Positions 63,413-64,000 of a stretch of DNA of 64,000 nucleotides are shown piece after piece (position 1 is the first letter of the stretch; each line of letters opens with the position of its first letter). The DNA comes from Lepidodermella squamata. Its lineage: Eukaryota; Animalia; Gastrotricha. The notes beneath the pieces are model-generated. The model was not told where the DNA came from. It searched no databases and was given only the letters and a program-made list of their open reading frames with translations. Where the stretch lies: contig JBLDXI010000024.1 in NCBI GenBank assembly GCA_047495785.1, positions 2,356,001 through 2,420,000 on the forward strand. The letters are read 5' to 3'. The position numbers and the translations under genes are program-made.

Positions 63413-64000
63413 ATGCAGGTCATTTATAATTTTTAGTTATTTAGTTTGGCTATACAATTTATTATAAATATTATATTCTATATGTCAACAAGATATAAAT
63501 TTATCAATGGTAGTCTAAAATTGCCTACTTCTTTCGAGCTTTGAATAATTATACCAGTCTTCAAAGGTCTACCTCTGGGTGCTCTGGGTATAGGTAGACC
63601 TCGAACCAGATGGATCAACGGAGTGCATAGAAGCCTAATTAAAGTAGGTCTTACTAAGGAAATTCGCCGGAAAAAGAAAACCAATAATAATAATAAGGTC
63701 GAGCATAAGAAAAATAAAAACACTATAAGAAACGAAAAAATAGGAGAAATCGCGGCGAATTACCCATGTTCAACTAGCGGAATCGGTTTTTTTCGAAAAA
63801 GATGAATGGTTTCCAACTCGATTGAAAATTATGAATTCAATACAAAAAGCAGAATCCTCGACTGCGGGGGTGGGTGAGGATCAGCCTTCGCCTGCCTTCG
63901 CCCTCTTCAAAACCGGAAACGGTATACGACGTTCAGGCCCGAAGAGGAAAAGTAAAATCATTATTATTATTATTATTATGTTTCTTATTTTATAATTACG

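Overview
Intron-rich eukaryotic DNA, almost certainly from an invertebrate animal: many ~50-60 nt GT-AG introns, class C GPCRs, a polycystin-1-like gene and a Cys-loop receptor. The left third holds three paralogous secreted trypsin-like protease genes and a PKD1-like gene with an in-frame TGA and a furin site in place of its GPS motif. One protease carries an intact Jockey/I-type LINE whose perfect 86-bp target-site duplication rebuilds the interrupted exon with its splice acceptor. The middle has two GABA-B-like GPCRs, an intronless 2OG-Fe(II) dioxygenase and a probably GPI-anchored cyclase-family hydrolase. The right half (33-62 kb) is a cluster of nine type II membrane glycosyltransferase-like genes from three families: 2 fucosyltransferase-like, 4 GT91/GH130-like beta-mannosyltransferase candidates and 3 GT32 SUR1/OCH1-like mannosyltransferases. 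The four GT91-like genes are only 31-68 bp apart, and each downstream ATG has an unpaired splice acceptor, which suggests a trans-spliced eukaryotic operon. Intergenic DNA holds many MITEs and foldback elements, and a frameshifted Cys-loop pseudogene ends the window. All family calls come from reading motifs by eye; no database search was run.
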